A DNA stretch of 64,000 nucleotides from Octopus vulgaris. Its lineage: Eukaryota. Of the stretch, positions 25,855 through 38,936 are shown piece by piece. How positions within the stretch are numbered: the stretch's first letter is position 1; the number at the start of each line of letters is the position of its first letter. Position numbers and translations under genes: made by a program. The notes beneath the pieces were generated by a model. It did not search any database and was not told the origin of the DNA. It worked only from the letters and a program-made list of their open reading frames with translations. Location: positions 9,796,001 to 9,860,000 of the forward strand of contig OX597836.1 in the NCBI GenBank assembly GCA_951406725.2, read 5' to 3'.

Positions 25855-26229
25855 GGTATGTAAATTGTATTAGATTGGAGTAAACAGATGGCGTAATGGC
25901 TCATTTATGTCCCTCGGTACACTGGCATCATCAGACATATTTATATGATCAATATTTGAACTAATTAGCTGATGTCCCTATTTTGTCACAAACATGCCTG
26001 TCACAAACATGATGCAATATTAACGATCATCTCTGCAAAGAAGAGTATCAAAGGGGAGATTACCCACATGGAATTGTTGGTCTTGATCATCAAATATGCA
26101 GCTCAGTCTAGAATTGCAAGGCCAATTGGCACAAACCCTGAGGCACACCACCAGGTCACAGGGTCATAGATCATTGTCACTTTAAAGTCTAGTTGTCCAT
26201 GATTACTTGTATGGGTCAGGTGAGAGTAT

Positions 26230-27000
26230 ACTCTTTTACTTGTTTCAGTCATTTGAGAGCGGCCATGCTGGAGCACCGCTTTTAGTCGAGCAAATTGACC
26301 CCAAGACTTATTCTTTGTATGCCTAGTACTTATTCTATCAGTCTCTTTTGCCAAACCACTAAGTTATGGGGACATAAACACACCAGCATCGGTTGTCAAG
26401 CAATGTTGGGGTAGGGGGGACAAACACAGACACACAAACATATACACACACATACATACATATATATATGTATATATATATATCAACCGATCATGGCCGT
26501 TTGCCAGCCTCCTCTGGTCCCTGTGCAGGTGGCACGTAAAAAGCACCCACTACACTCACGGAGTGGTTGGCGTTAGGAAGGGCATCCAGCTGTAGAAACA
26601 CTGCCAGATCAGACTGGAGCCTGGTGCAGCCTCCTGGCTTTCCAGATCCCCAGTCGAACCGTCCAACCCATGCTAGCATGGAAAACGGTCGTTAAACGAT
26701 GATGATGATGATATACGACGGGCCTCTTTCAGTTTCCGTCAACCAAATCCACTCAGAAGGCTTTGGTTGGCTCGAGGTTATAGTAGAGGACACTTTACCC
26801 AAGGTGCCACGCAGTGGGACTGAAATTGGAACCATGTGGTTGGTAAGCCAGCTACTTACCACTCCTATTTTGTCCACTTTCATGTTCAGAATTCCAATTC
26901 TGCCGAGGTCGACTTTGCCTTCCATCCTTTCGGGTTCGATAAAATAAGTACCAGTTGAATACTGGGGTCGATGTAATCAACTAGTCCCCTTCGCCACAAA
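26230..27000. mobile_element. Nested SINE cluster: B(-) interrupted by D(+), followed by an A fragment
   Basis: B tail 26230-26450; D 26480-26711; B head 26713-26862; A body 26865-27000. Confidence 0.8.
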
Positions 27001-27035
27001 GATTTCTGACCTCGAATCATAGTTATAATAATTAG

Positions 27036-27270
27036 TGGAAACTGAGACACACTAGTATACATATCTAGTTCCTACGTACGTTTCATCACTGTAGTTAATC
27101 GGAGCTCAGCACTGAATGTTCCTAGTTTATTTGGATAAAGTGATCCCCTTATGATCCATTGCACTTTGGCATCCAAATGCACTTGGAACACCAAATGCGG
27201 ATTTCCAATTAACGGCAATGGTAGAACGTACGTAGGCACTAAATACTTATACCGGTGTTATACCGTTCCA
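27036..27270. repeat. Diverged long fold-back (about 100-bp arms), PLE-like
   Basis: CTAGTTCCTACGTACGTTTC pairs with GAACGTACGTAGGCACTA; GAAAC-gtac-GTA motif on minus. Confidence 0.6.
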
Positions 27271-28310
27271 TATGCTCTGTATATGTTCATAAACTAGTAA
27301 CACTGCTAAGTATAACATTAGACTAACCACTGTGCTGGAAGCCGACTGGATAATGATAATCTACGTGAAGCTCTCTAACTCATATAATAGGAGTCGTACA
27401 TCTAATTGTACGCACAAAATAATATAATAGTTATCTAATATAGTCTGTTCACTGTTGAGGAATGTTCAATTGGCCATTGAAAGAGTTTAACAGAATCGTT
27501 GATGCAGTTGGTATTTTGTAAACGTGTATTAGATTACCAAACAGCATTGAACGACAAGTGTTCATACGTGAAGACAAACTTGGTCATATACGACTTCGAC
27601 TTCAGCTGGAACCATGCAACTAAGTTTTTGTTTGACTATTTCTTTGGAAAGTTTGTAAGTTTATTACGGGCGTAAAACGCAAGAATTGCGGCGTAATTGG
27701 AGAGAGAGAGAGAGAGAGAGAGAGAAAGAAGGGGAGAGAGAGGAGAGAGAGAAAGAAGGAGAGAGAGAAAGAAGGAGAGAGAGAAAGAAGGAGAGAAGAA
27801 CGAGAACAGAGAGAAGAATGAAAAAAAGAGGGAATGAAATAAAGATAGTGAAAGAAAGAAAGAGAAAGTGAGCGAGAGACAGAGAGAGAATATATAAAAA
27901 ACATTAAGGTTTACTAGAAATATTGAAACGAAAACAAAAATACTGTTTACTAATTGGATCTTTTGGAAATTTCTGCTGACTCTCACACATCATTGCATCT
28001 TATAATTAATATGAGTTTTTAATGCTGTTGCTAATTAAATACTTCTAAACTCCTTAATGTATTTTTTCTCGTAATATACACGTTTTTAAAATGAAAATAT
28101 TGCTGATCATTATTATTATTACATCTAAATGTTGTTGTTTTTTAAATGTCGTTTCTAATTAAATAATTATAAGTTCAGCTAAATGATTTCCCAACCTCTT
28201 CGTTATATGCTTTTAACATGAAAGTTTTTCTCCTTCAAAAGCAAAAAAAAAAGTAATTTTTTTCGTTTCGTTATTTCAAATATGCCACGATATTTTTATA
28301 CACTTCTTAC

Positions 28311-28559
28311 AGTTTTTATCCTAAGACAAATTTACGCCGCGATTCTCCACATATACCAATTATTTTTATCCACAGTCGAAAGAAAACGGGGTAAAAATAT
28401 ATATAAAGGACATAAATTCGAGAGAAATAGATTTTATACATAACATTCTCTAACTGGTTGCTCGTACAAGACAACGAATACGATTTTAATGCATTAAAAA
28501 AAAAGTTACTCTTCTCTTCATTAGATACAACACTGTAAAACACTTTTAACAAAAAAAAT
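28311..28559 (-). other. Candidate non-coding (5' UTR) exon 2
   Basis: Acceptor TTTTCTGCTCTGCTCCATAG| and donor |GTAAGA; no ATG-initiated frame stays open through the donor. Confidence 0.45.
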
Positions 28560-28746
28560 CTATGGAGCAGAGCAGAAAACAGACACTACAGAGAATATGG
28601 GACGAAATAAACACATCTAAAATAACTACTATCAACATATATTTATTTATAGAGAGAAGAAAATATAAAACGAAGGCAATAATAATCTAAAGATAGTGGC
28701 ATATCATTATCATATATTATAGTGGTATATATATTATCATATATTA

Positions 28747-28887
28747 TAAGGTTGTCTCAAAAGTTCGTAGAAAGTCTTGGAAAATAATGGTCTTTATTTT
28801 GAGGAATTATTTTTGTTGTTTTTGTTAGTACTTGGCGAGTAAAAATTCAATTTTCGCAAGTGTTTACGAACTTTTGGGACAACCTAA
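28747..28887. mobile_element. Mariner-type MITE
   Basis: TA flanks; TIR TAAGGTTGTCTCAAAAGTTCGTA / TACGAACTTTTGGGACAACCTAA. Confidence 0.85.
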
Positions 28888-28962
28888 TATTATATATATT
28901 TTTATGTATATCATCAATAAAATCGAAAAAGTTTTTCAGCCATCGAAGAAGTTACTACATAC

Positions 28963-30049
28963 CTTGTGGTAGACAAAATCTATATTATGTCACACGAACA
29001 TATATAGAGAGAGAAATATAAGATTAAACATCAACAGTTGTTTACAAACAGTTTGGGGGGAAAAGCGTATGAAGTTGTCATGGAATCGGTTGTTCTGAAT
29101 TTGAAGAAATGGAACTCCATGTAGTCACACTGGGAAACACTTCGCTGATTTCTTAACACGTGTTTTTAGCGTTGTGTAAGTGTATGCGTGTGTTTGTGTG
29201 TGTGCTGGTGTGTGCAAGAGTGTTTATGTGTGTAGGTGTCAATGCGTGCGTGTCGGAGTGTGTTTATGTACGCGTGTCAGTGCGTGTGTGTGTATGTGTG
29301 TGTGTGTGTAAACGTGTTATAAGAATGTGTGTGAGCGTTATGTGTATACGCGTATCGGCCTTAATATATTGTTGGAAAAAAAAAAAGAAAAACAAAAAAA
29401 AACTGTAGAGGAGCTTGAAGTACACCAACGTCACCACCGCTTCCACCCCCTCCAACATCACCATTAAATACCACCACACACACATACACACACACACAGA
29501 CACACACACATTCGTTTAACGCAGCTATTATGACAGCAGCCAACTTTTACTACAAGTACCCCCCCCACCGTCCCCATCGGTTCTAGTTCAGCGACAGAAA
29601 TAGTGTCAGAGAGAGAGAGAGAGAAAAAGAGAGAGAAAGGGAGACAGACAGATAGACAGAAAGAGAGAGACAGAGAGTGCGAGAGGGAAAGAGAGAGAGA
29701 GGGAGGAGTGATGATGTAAGAATGGGAATTTTTTTTAGGACAAGATGTTGAGAGAGGATCTGTTGTTTATACTTATCACAACGAGTGTGCACGTATACGT
29801 GTGTGTGTGTGTGTGTGTAGGTGTTTGTATCAGAATGTATGTAAAAGAATGTGTGTGTGTGTGTGTATGTATGTATGGGTGTGTGTATGTGTGTGTGTGT
29901 GACTCCGTGTTGCGCGCGAGTGGGAGACGCATTACGATACGTATGTTCTCAAAGTGGTTCTTCGTGACATTATTATTATTATACAAGAGTATGTTTGAGA
30001 GACGAGTGTAAAGGAATTCATGGTTGTGTGTGCGTGTATGTATGCGTAT

Positions 30050-30082
<33 letters not shown>

Positions 30083-30230
30083 TATTACTTGTTGCCAACC
30101 TACCCCGCTCCCGTCTCTCATCCCTCTTCATGCCTTGTGCACCCCCCTCCCCACCTCACTCTTGCAAGCCCCATTCCCAACCACGCTTAGTTCCTCCGTT
30201 CCCCACTCGTTTCTACTCACGTCATATCTT
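28963..30230 (-). promoter_or_regulatory. Candidate promoter and first exon of a minus-strand transcript
   Basis: Strong donor CAAG|GTATGT at 28963; SINE-free, CpG-enriched zone with (GA)n/(GT)n tracts; TSS not localised. Confidence 0.4.
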
Positions 30231-30442
30231 GAGGGACCACCTGGATACTTCATCACTATATATCTCTTAAACCCGGCAAGGCAATCCCGCTAAGCTTGCT
30301 TGGGTGAGGCAGGTTTATTATTGGACATTCTGCAGGATAAAAGAAAACAAAACTCAACAAAGGTGAGGCACCTTGGGTCAACCAAAGCCTTGTGAATAGA
30401 TTTGGTAGATGGAAACTGAAAGAAGCCTATCGTATATCTGTT

Positions 30443-30676
30443 TCTATTTCTTTGCTACCCACAAGGGGCTAAACATAGAGAGGACAAACAAGGACAGACA
30501 GACGGATTAAGTCGATTATATCGACCCCAGCGCGTAACTGGTACTTAATTTATCGACCCCGAAAGGATGAAAGGCAAAGTCGACCTCGGCGGAATTTGAA
30601 CTCAGAACGTAGCGGCAGATGGAATACGGCTACGCATTTTGCCTGGCGTGCTAACGTTTCTGCCAGCTCGCCGCCT
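30443..30676 (-). mobile_element. SINE family A monomer
   Basis: Full head and AAAGAAATAG tail on the minus strand. Confidence 0.9.
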
Positions 30677-30864
30677 ATCATATATCATCTGTTTTCCATG
30701 CTGACAGGGCTTAGATGGTTCGATCAGGATTGGTAAGTTGGAGTAGCTGTACCAGGCTCCAGTCTGATTTGGCTTCGTTTCTACAGCCAGATGCCCTTCC
30801 TAATGCCAACCACTCCAAGAGTGTAGTGGGTGCCTTTTACCTGTCACTAGGATGATTCCTTGTG

Positions 30865-31190
30865 AGGGCGCGTGGCTTAGTGGTTAGGGCATTCGGCTCA
30901 TGATCGTAAGGTTGTGAGTTCGATTCCCGGCGACGCGTTGTGTCCTTGAGCAAGACACTTTATTTCACGTTGCTCCAGTCCACTCAGCTGGCAAAAATGA
31001 GTTGTACCTGTATTTCAAAGGGTCAGCCTTGTCACTCTCTGTGTCACGCTGATTATCCCCGAGAACTACGTTAAGGGTACACGTGTCTGTGGAATGCTCA
31101 GCCATTTGCACGTTAATTTCACGAGCAAGCTGTTCCGTTGATCGTATCAGCTGGGACCCTCGTCGTTGTAACCGGCGGAGTCTTTTTTTT
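30865..31190 (+). mobile_element. tRNA-derived SINE with a distinct 3' half (GAGAACTACGTTAAGGGTACACGTG) and oligo-T end
   Basis: A box TGGCTTAGTGG; B box GAGTTCGATTCC; CORE-like segment. Confidence 0.85.
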
Positions 31191-31802
31191 TAGAGGATGC
31201 TTCCTCAGGCATTGCTGTACTAATATAACCTGGTGTAGAACTCAATATATGCATGATTCTAAATGAAGTGTTAATTGGGTACAGAGCAGTAATGGCGACC
31301 CCTGTTGTACTCTTACGCCCCCAACTTTCTCTCACTCTTTCTTCCTGTTTCTCGAGTAACGCTGCGATGGACTGGCGTCCCGTCCAGCTGGGGGGGGGGG
31401 GAACACATACGCCACAGAAACCGGGAAAACGGGCCCAGGAGCCAGACTAAGCTTGAAAAGGGCGAAAAAGAAAAAAAAGAAAGTAGAGTGTTGGGGAAAA
31501 AAATGTCTTGTGGTATTTCTTTTAGCTCCTTACATTCTGAGTTCAAATCCTGCCGAGATCATTGATTTTATTTTCTTCATCCCTCTGGGACTGATAAAGA
31601 ATACCAGTTTCATACCGGAGCCAATGGTATTGACTAACCAACCACCCTTTTTCATAATTGTTGGCCTTTTGCCTAAATTGGAAACAATTATTACCACTGT
31701 CAATTAAAAAGAAAACGAAGATTCAAACTGCCAATATTTTAATTATTAGTTTCCTAGTTTGTTCAAAAATCAATAGATCATAATTAGACCAAGAAAGAAT
31801 CT

Positions 31803-32028
31803 TTTTGTTACCAGATTTCTGCTAAAATAGATTGCCTTTGTTTCAATAAATTTTTGAAAATAACGAAGAATTTTTATAAAATAACTTTGTCATTATTAAT
31901 CTGACATCTGAAACATAAATTAACATGAAATTTTGATGGACGGTTTTAATTTCGATCAATTTAAAAGAGGAAGTTTGCATCATGGAAGCAGGGGCAGTCT
32001 CTTGAGGGTTGGCATCTAAAATGGTTAA
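31803..32028 (-). mobile_element. piggyBac-type MITE, diverged
   Basis: Reverse-complement homology to 14411-14639; ends in TTAA. Confidence 0.6.
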
Positions 32029-32116
32029 GAAAATCTTTGCAATGCAAATACAACAAATTGCAACAATGCTAACGATATTGCATTTTGCATTTATTGCAAT
32101 CGATATTGTGGTGCAG

Positions 32117-32340
32117 TGAAGGTGCATGGCTCAGTGGTTAGAGCGGCGAGCTTACGATCGTGAGGTTGTGAGCTCAAATCCCGGACCAGGCTGCGTGTTG
32201 TGTTCTTGAGCAAGACACTTTATTTCACGTTGCTCCAGTTCACTCAGCTGTAGAAAAGAGTCACGACGTCACAGATGCCAAGCTGTATCGGCCCCTTTGC
32301 CTTTCCCTTGGATAACACTGGTGGTGTGGAGAGGGGAGAA
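32117..32340 (+). mobile_element. SINE family C, 3' truncated
   Basis: Head GAAGGTGCATGGCTCAGTGGTTAGAGCG. Confidence 0.85.
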
Positions 32341-32842
32341 CACTGGTGGTGTGGAGAGAGGGAGAAATACACTTCCCAATTACATGGTTAGGAGTTCAAT
32401 CCTGCTGAGACAAAACTGCTGTAGCAGCGATTTGAGACCAAACCACTAGAAAGAAAGTCAGTCAGACAACACAATCAAACCACGAGTAGTTTCACATGAT
32501 TGGTCAATTAAGCAACCAATCGGCATCAAGCCATTGCATGATTCAATCTTATGTGTCCTATAAAAAACAGTTTTTGGTGGTAATTGGAATGTCGAGGCAG
32601 CCTCACATTGTGTCTCCATTCTTGCCACATCCGGCTGGTTAAAACGGATGCCTGACACTAGACAGGAATTTTTGTAGCCACAAACTTAGCACAATTATTT
32701 TCCAGTCGTGATGGATCAGTCACAGATTGCTCTATCAGTAAGCTTGCTATAAGTTCCAAGCAGTATGTCTCTCCTAGTATGTAATTATTACAGTTAGTAT
32801 TTTTAAAAGACCACCACAGTTAAAATTCTAAGTGCAATAATT

Positions 32843-33900
32843 CCCGTGCCAGTAGCATGTAAAAAGCACCATCCGAATGTGGTCGATGCTGGCACCACCT
32901 TGACTGGCGTCCGTGCTGGTGGCACATAGAAAGCATCAACTGATCGTGGCCGTTTCCAGCCTCCTCTGGCCCCTATGCCAGTGGCATGTAAAAAGCACCA
33001 TCCAAATGTGGCCGATGCCAGCACCACCTTGACTGGTGTCCGTGCTGGTGGCACATAGAAAGCACCAACTGATCGTGGCCATTTCCAGCGTCCTCTGGCC
33101 CCTGTGCCGGTGGAATGTAAAAAGCACCATCCAAATGTGGCCGATGCCAGTGCTGCCTTGACTGGTGTCTGTGCTGGTGGCACATAGAAAGCACCAACTG
33201 ATCGTGGCCGTTTCCAGCCTCCTCTGGCCCCTATGCCAGTGGCATGTAAAAAGCACCATCCAAATGTGGCCGATGCCAGCACCACCTTGACTGGTGTCCG
33301 TGCTGGTGGCACATAGAAAGCATCAACTGATCGTGGCCGTTTCCAGCCTCCTCTGGCCCCTATGCCAGTGGCATGTAAAAAGCACCATCCAAATGTGGCC
33401 GATGCCAGCACCACCTTGACTGGTGTCCGTGCTGGTGGCACATAGAAAGCACCAACTGATCGTGGCCATTTCCAGCGTCCTCTGGCCCCTGTGCCGGTGG
33501 AATGTAAAAAGCACCATCCAAATGTGGCCGATGCCAGTGCTGCCTTGACTGGTGTCTGTGCTGGTGGCACATAGAAAGCACCAACTGATCGTGGCCGTTT
33601 CCAGCCTCCTCTGGCCCCTGTGCCAGTGGCATGTAAATAGCACCATCCAAATGTGGCCGATGCCAGCACCACCTTGACTGGTGTCCGTGCTGGTGGCACA
33701 TAGAAAGCACCAACTGATCGTGGCCGTTTCCAGCCTCCTCTGGCCCCTGTGCCGGTGGCATGTAAAAAGCACCATCCAAATGTGGCCGATGCCAGTGCTG
33801 CCTTGACTGGCGTCCGTGCCAGTGGCATGTAAAAAGCACCAACCGATCATGGCTATTGCCAGCCTCCCCTGGCACCTGTGTCGGTGGCACATAAAAATCA
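32843..33900 (+). repeat. 129-bp tandem array (67+62 bp monomers, about 8 units) expanded inside SINE D
   Basis: AAAAGCACCATCC recurs every 129 bp; array runs into the V-like domain and (GAT)n tail ending near 34066. Confidence 0.95.
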
Positions 33901-34539
33901 CCCACTACACTCACAGAGTGGTTGGTGTTAGGAAGGGCATCCAGCTGTAGAAACACTGCCAGATCAGACTGGAGCCTGGCGCAGCCTTCTGGCTCCCCAG
34001 ACTCCAGTCAAACTGAACAACCCATGCTAGCATGGAAAACGGATGTTAAATGATGATGATGATGATGTTAATTGTTTGCGGGTGTTGTTAGTTATTACCT
34101 CTTGCAGCCTGAGAAATATATTTCCATTCAGCAACTCAACCACTTATCACCTCAAACCAGCCGACGACGACAACAACAACAACACAACCCACAACAGGGC
34201 CATGACTATAACACTGCAAGTGAGACAATCCAACAACTTAAGAGTGCACAAAAGACATAGCCCTGAACAACATTTGTTGACTTATTATTTGTCCTTGATA
34301 AGACAATTACAAATTGTTTTAAGCTACCAAACACTGTAGTACTGATAGCATGTGAAAGTTAAGATAATATTAAAGAATGTGGGGGGAAAAGAGCAATAGA
34401 AAGGTTTTCTGACCTGCTATCACCCATTGGAAAATTATTTCCCCAGGGTTGGGGTAAAAAAACAATTTGTTGTGTTCCTTTGTTTTTTTTGTTTTTATTT
34501 TTCTATGATTTTGTCCAAAACAAGGCTTGGGGTCAGCTT

Positions 34540-34842
34540 ACCTTGGGCAAGTGTCTTCTACTATAGCCTTGGGCCGACCAAAGCCTTGTGAGTGGATTTG
34601 GTAGACAGAAACTGAAAGAAGCCCGTCGTATATATGTGTGTGCATATGTTTGTGTGTCTGTGTTTGTCCCCCCAACATTGCTTGACAATTGATGCTGGTG
34701 TGTTTACATCCCCGTAACTTAGCGCTTTGGTAAAAGAGACCGACAGAATAAGTCCTAGGCTTACAAAGAATAAGTCCTGGGGTTAATTTACGGGCGGTGC
34801 TCCGGCATGACCACAGTTAAATGACTGAAACAAGTAAAAGAG
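34540..34842 (+). mobile_element. SINE family B, 5' truncated
   Basis: Body and GAAACAAGTAAAAGAG tail. Confidence 0.85.
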
Positions 34843-34962
34843 AGATATTGTATAACAAAACAGAAAATTGGAAAGCTTTTGGTATATAATACCAAAAAAA
34901 ATCTCCAATTTCCTACTTTGTTGTTAATATATATAAATATATATGAGTATGTGTGTACAAAT

Positions 34963-35034
<72 letters not shown>

Positions 35035-35385
35035 CGAAATTTTGAAACCAGACATACAATACTTAATGACCTTCAATGCTCTACAGATAGAGAGGAAGAG
35101 ATAAGTTTTATCAGATGGTAATAATCGGAAAACTCATTGTGTAATATAGAGATATCTTGGAGTTCTAGTAATTGTCAACAAGCGACCATTCATGTAAATT
35201 TTTTTAAGAAATGATACAACAAACTAACAAATCATCATCACCACTACCACCATCATCATCATCATCAATTTAACATCCACTTTTCCATGCTTGCATGGGT
35301 TGGACACAATTTGTTGAAGCAAATTTTCTGCAACTGGATGTCCTTCCTGTTGCCAACATTCATCTCTCTTTCTCTCTCTCTCTCT

Positions 35386-35787
35386 CTTTTACTTGTTTCA
35401 GTCATTTGACTGCGGCCATACTGGAGCACCGCCTTTAATCGAGCAACTCGACCCCGGGACTTATTCTTTGTAAGCCCAGTACTTATTCTATCGGTCTCTT
35501 TTGCCGAACTGCTAAGTGACGGGGACATAAACACACCAGCATCGGTTGTCAAGCGATGTTGGGGGGACAAACACAGACACACAAACATACACGCACACAC
35601 ACATATATATATATACATATATACGACGGGCTTCTTTCAGTTTCCGTCTACCAAATCCACTCACAAGGCTTTGGTCGACCCAAGGCTACAATAGAAGACA
35701 CTTGCCCAAAGTGCCACGCAGTGGGACTGAACCCGGAACCATGTGGTTGGTAAACAAGCTACTTACCACACAGCCACTCCTGCGCCA
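35386..35787 (-). mobile_element. SINE family B, full length, young
   Basis: Head GGCGCAGGAGTGGCTGTGTGGTAAG, internal (TA)/(TG) tract and tail. Confidence 0.9.
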
Positions 35788-36609
35788 TAAGTAAGGTAAT
35801 ATATTTAGCCGTGACCTGACTTGTTTCCACAGAATATTGGAAATTAAGGATACTGTCTGCATTAAGGTGACAATTCATCATCATAATCATCGTCATCATT
35901 TAATATCTGTTTTTCATGCTTGCATGGTTTGGATTGCTTGACAGGTGCTGGTAAGGCCAACAGTTGCACCTGGTCCCACTGTCTGTTTTGGCTTGGATTC
36001 CACACCTGGATGCCCTTCCTAATACCAACCACTTTTTCAGCCGTTCAAGAATTTGGACATGGAGATCTCCATTTCCAGCGACTTTGAGGGCCACCTCCCA
36101 GGGGTTCAACAGGATGTTAGATAACAGCAATCACAAACTGGATGCCTTTTCACTTCCAGCAATAGAGAGCAGTTGCCATATTCTATTTCTTAACTGCCGA
36201 CTCTGAAGAGCGCAGGGTTATGCGATTGGGCTGTTACCTGACATCCCATTGAACCCTCCCTGTGTGAAACCAATTAGTATGATCAACTGTAAAGGATATA
36301 TAATACTGTACACTTTAGTTAATTAACAGTACTACTGTACTATTTCATTTCCATCAGATAATTCATTAGTCCCTTAGTATGAGCTGGATAAACTTTCAAC
36401 TAATGTCCAACTTAATGCAGTCATAGCAGTCAACTCACAAAGCGGAAAATGTTATTGAATAAGATGCATGCAAACTGGATTACCAGAGAGATTTCCAAGT
36501 GAAGTAGTCAAGTCAAAGACAAATTCACTGGGAATTGATTCAAGAAGAATTCAAAGAGTCTCTCTTTCTCTGACTGTCCAAAGACATGATAATTCCCTTT
36601 TGTATACTC

Positions 36610-36916
36610 CACACACACACACACACATGCATGCACACACTTACATACCTACATGTATATATATATATCCATACATATATGCATACATACACATATACAT
36701 ACATGCATATAGATATACATATACACATATACATATATACACATACACACATATACATATACACACATATACATATACACACATATACATACATATACAT
36801 ATATATACATATACATATATACACATATACACATATACACATATACACATATACACATATACATATATACACACACATACATACACACATATATACTCAC
36901 ACACATATATATACAT

Positions 36917-36947
<31 letters not shown>

Positions 36948-37160
36948 CATATATATATATATATACATACACACACACATATATATATACATACACACAC
37001 ATACATACATACATATATATATACATACACACACATACATACACACATATATATTTATATACATATGCACATATATATATATACATACTCACATATACAC
37101 ATACTATACATCCACACACACACACACATATATACACACACACACAAATACACATATAAA
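36610..37160. repeat. (CA)n/(TA)n/(CATATA)n microsatellite field
   Basis: Direct inspection. Confidence 0.97.
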
Positions 37161-37461
37161 TGTGTGTTGGTGTAGTCCATTATCTGTTTTCTCAGAATCT
37201 AATTCTTTTTCTAAATCATTTCATTCTTAGTAATTCCAGAAGAGACCAAAGTAAAATGTGTGAAATTCCCTTCTTATATAACAGACAGAACATATTACGA
37301 AATGAGTTGGCATTTACAATCTCAACCTATGAGCCATAAAACCCATGATATATATTACCATTATACGTGTAGCAATAGTTCAAAATCCACTCACGAATAT
37401 TTTGTTTTGTTAAGTGGACACTGACATACTTGGTGTTGTAAACCAATAAATAACTTCTTAT

Positions 37462-38300
37462 AGGCGCAGGTGCGGCTGTGTGGTAAGAAGCTTGTTTACC
37501 AACCACATGGTTCAAGGTTCAGTCCCACTGTGTGGCACCTTGGGCAAATGTCTTCTGCTATGGCCTGGGGTTGACCAAAACCTAATGAGTGGATTTGGTA
37601 GACGGAAACTGAAAGCAGCCTGTCATATGTATGTATATGTGTGTGTGTGTGTGTGTGTGAGTGATTGAGTGTGTGTGTGTGTGTGTTTGCCCTCCACTAT
37701 TGCTTGACAACTGGTGTTCCTATGTTTATGATTTTGTAACTTGGTGGTTCAGCAAAAGAGGCCGATAAAATAAGTACCACATTCATACCATATTCAGCCC
37801 AAACAAGCTATAGGCGTAGGAGTGGCTTGTGGTAAGTAACTTGCTTACGAACCACACGGTTCCAAGTTCAGTCCCACTGCGTGGCACCTTGGGTAAGTGT
37901 CTTCTACTATAGCCTCGGACCGACCAAAGCCTTGTGAGTAGATTTGGTAGACAGAAACTGAAAGAAGCCCGTCGTATATATATATATATATAATGTATGT
38001 GTGTGTGTATGTTTGTGTGTCTGTGTTTGTCCCCCCAACATTGCTTGACAACCAATGCTGGTGTGTTTATGTCCCCGTAACTTAGCGGTTCGGCAAAAGA
38101 CACCAACAGAATAAGTACTAGGCTTACAAAGAATAAGTCCTGGAGTCGATTCGCTCGACTAAAGGTGGTGCTCCAGCATGGCAGCAGTCACATGCCTGGT
38201 GCAGCCATCTGGTTCGCCAGCCCTCAGTCAAAATCGTCCAACCCATGCCAGCATGGAAAGTGGATGTTAAACAATGATGATGATGATGATGATGATGATA
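37462..38300 (+). mobile_element. Two tandem SINE B copies, the second fused to a D tail
   Basis: Heads at 37462 and 37812; D tail with (GAT)n at 38192-38300. Confidence 0.85.
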
Positions 38301-38936
38301 ACGATGAATAATCTCCCTTTTGTAGGATGCAATTTAAGGACGATTTGACTGTTCTTTCTAGCAGGGTGAGCAGTCACTTAGAAGTAGCTGCCCTTATCTT
38401 TGGCTCTGTCTGTCTGCGTGTTCGGTAATAATGTCCACTGTCTAAAGGAAATGATCTAAGGCTATTGAGAGGAAGTATGGATGAGCATACATCTCCTGGG
38501 AAGATCATATGCCAAAGACTATTTAGAAATGAGTTAATACATGGAGACAGCAGAGAAAAATATGCAGAGAGGAAAGAGGAAGGTTTTGATATGCAAATGT
38601 TTCAAAATGGTCGACATGAAACATGACTACAACCTCTGATGTTCTCTCCTCTGGATGGTGTTTTAGAATTTTAGATAAACTACTTCAGATGAAAAGAGCT
38701 TATAGAATTTTCATTAGATTTCTAAAGAATAGAAATCAATACATGCAACAATAATTGCACCATTTCAAATCTTTGACACGACAGTTTTTGTAAAACCACA
38801 CACATGCAAACACACACAAACATGTGGACTCATAGAAGTGCATATACATAGAACCACTGCCTTTTGGAGTGCGCGCTATGATTGGTCCTCAGCTAGGTTG
38901 CATGTATGGCACATGCAGAGCAAGAGAGCTGTATGT

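Noticed and set aside
27502-27675. Plus-strand short ORF with a GTAAGT donor-like site
   Set aside because: No recognisable homology and no supporting plus-strand gene structure
32803-33956. 341-aa repetitive ORF
   Set aside because: By-product of a stop-free 129-bp tandem repeat inside a SINE; other frames are also open
34099-34108. 10-nt minus-strand microexon (CAG|GCTGCAAGAG|GTAATA)
   Set aside because: Not frame-preserving; weak pyrimidine tract; expected by chance
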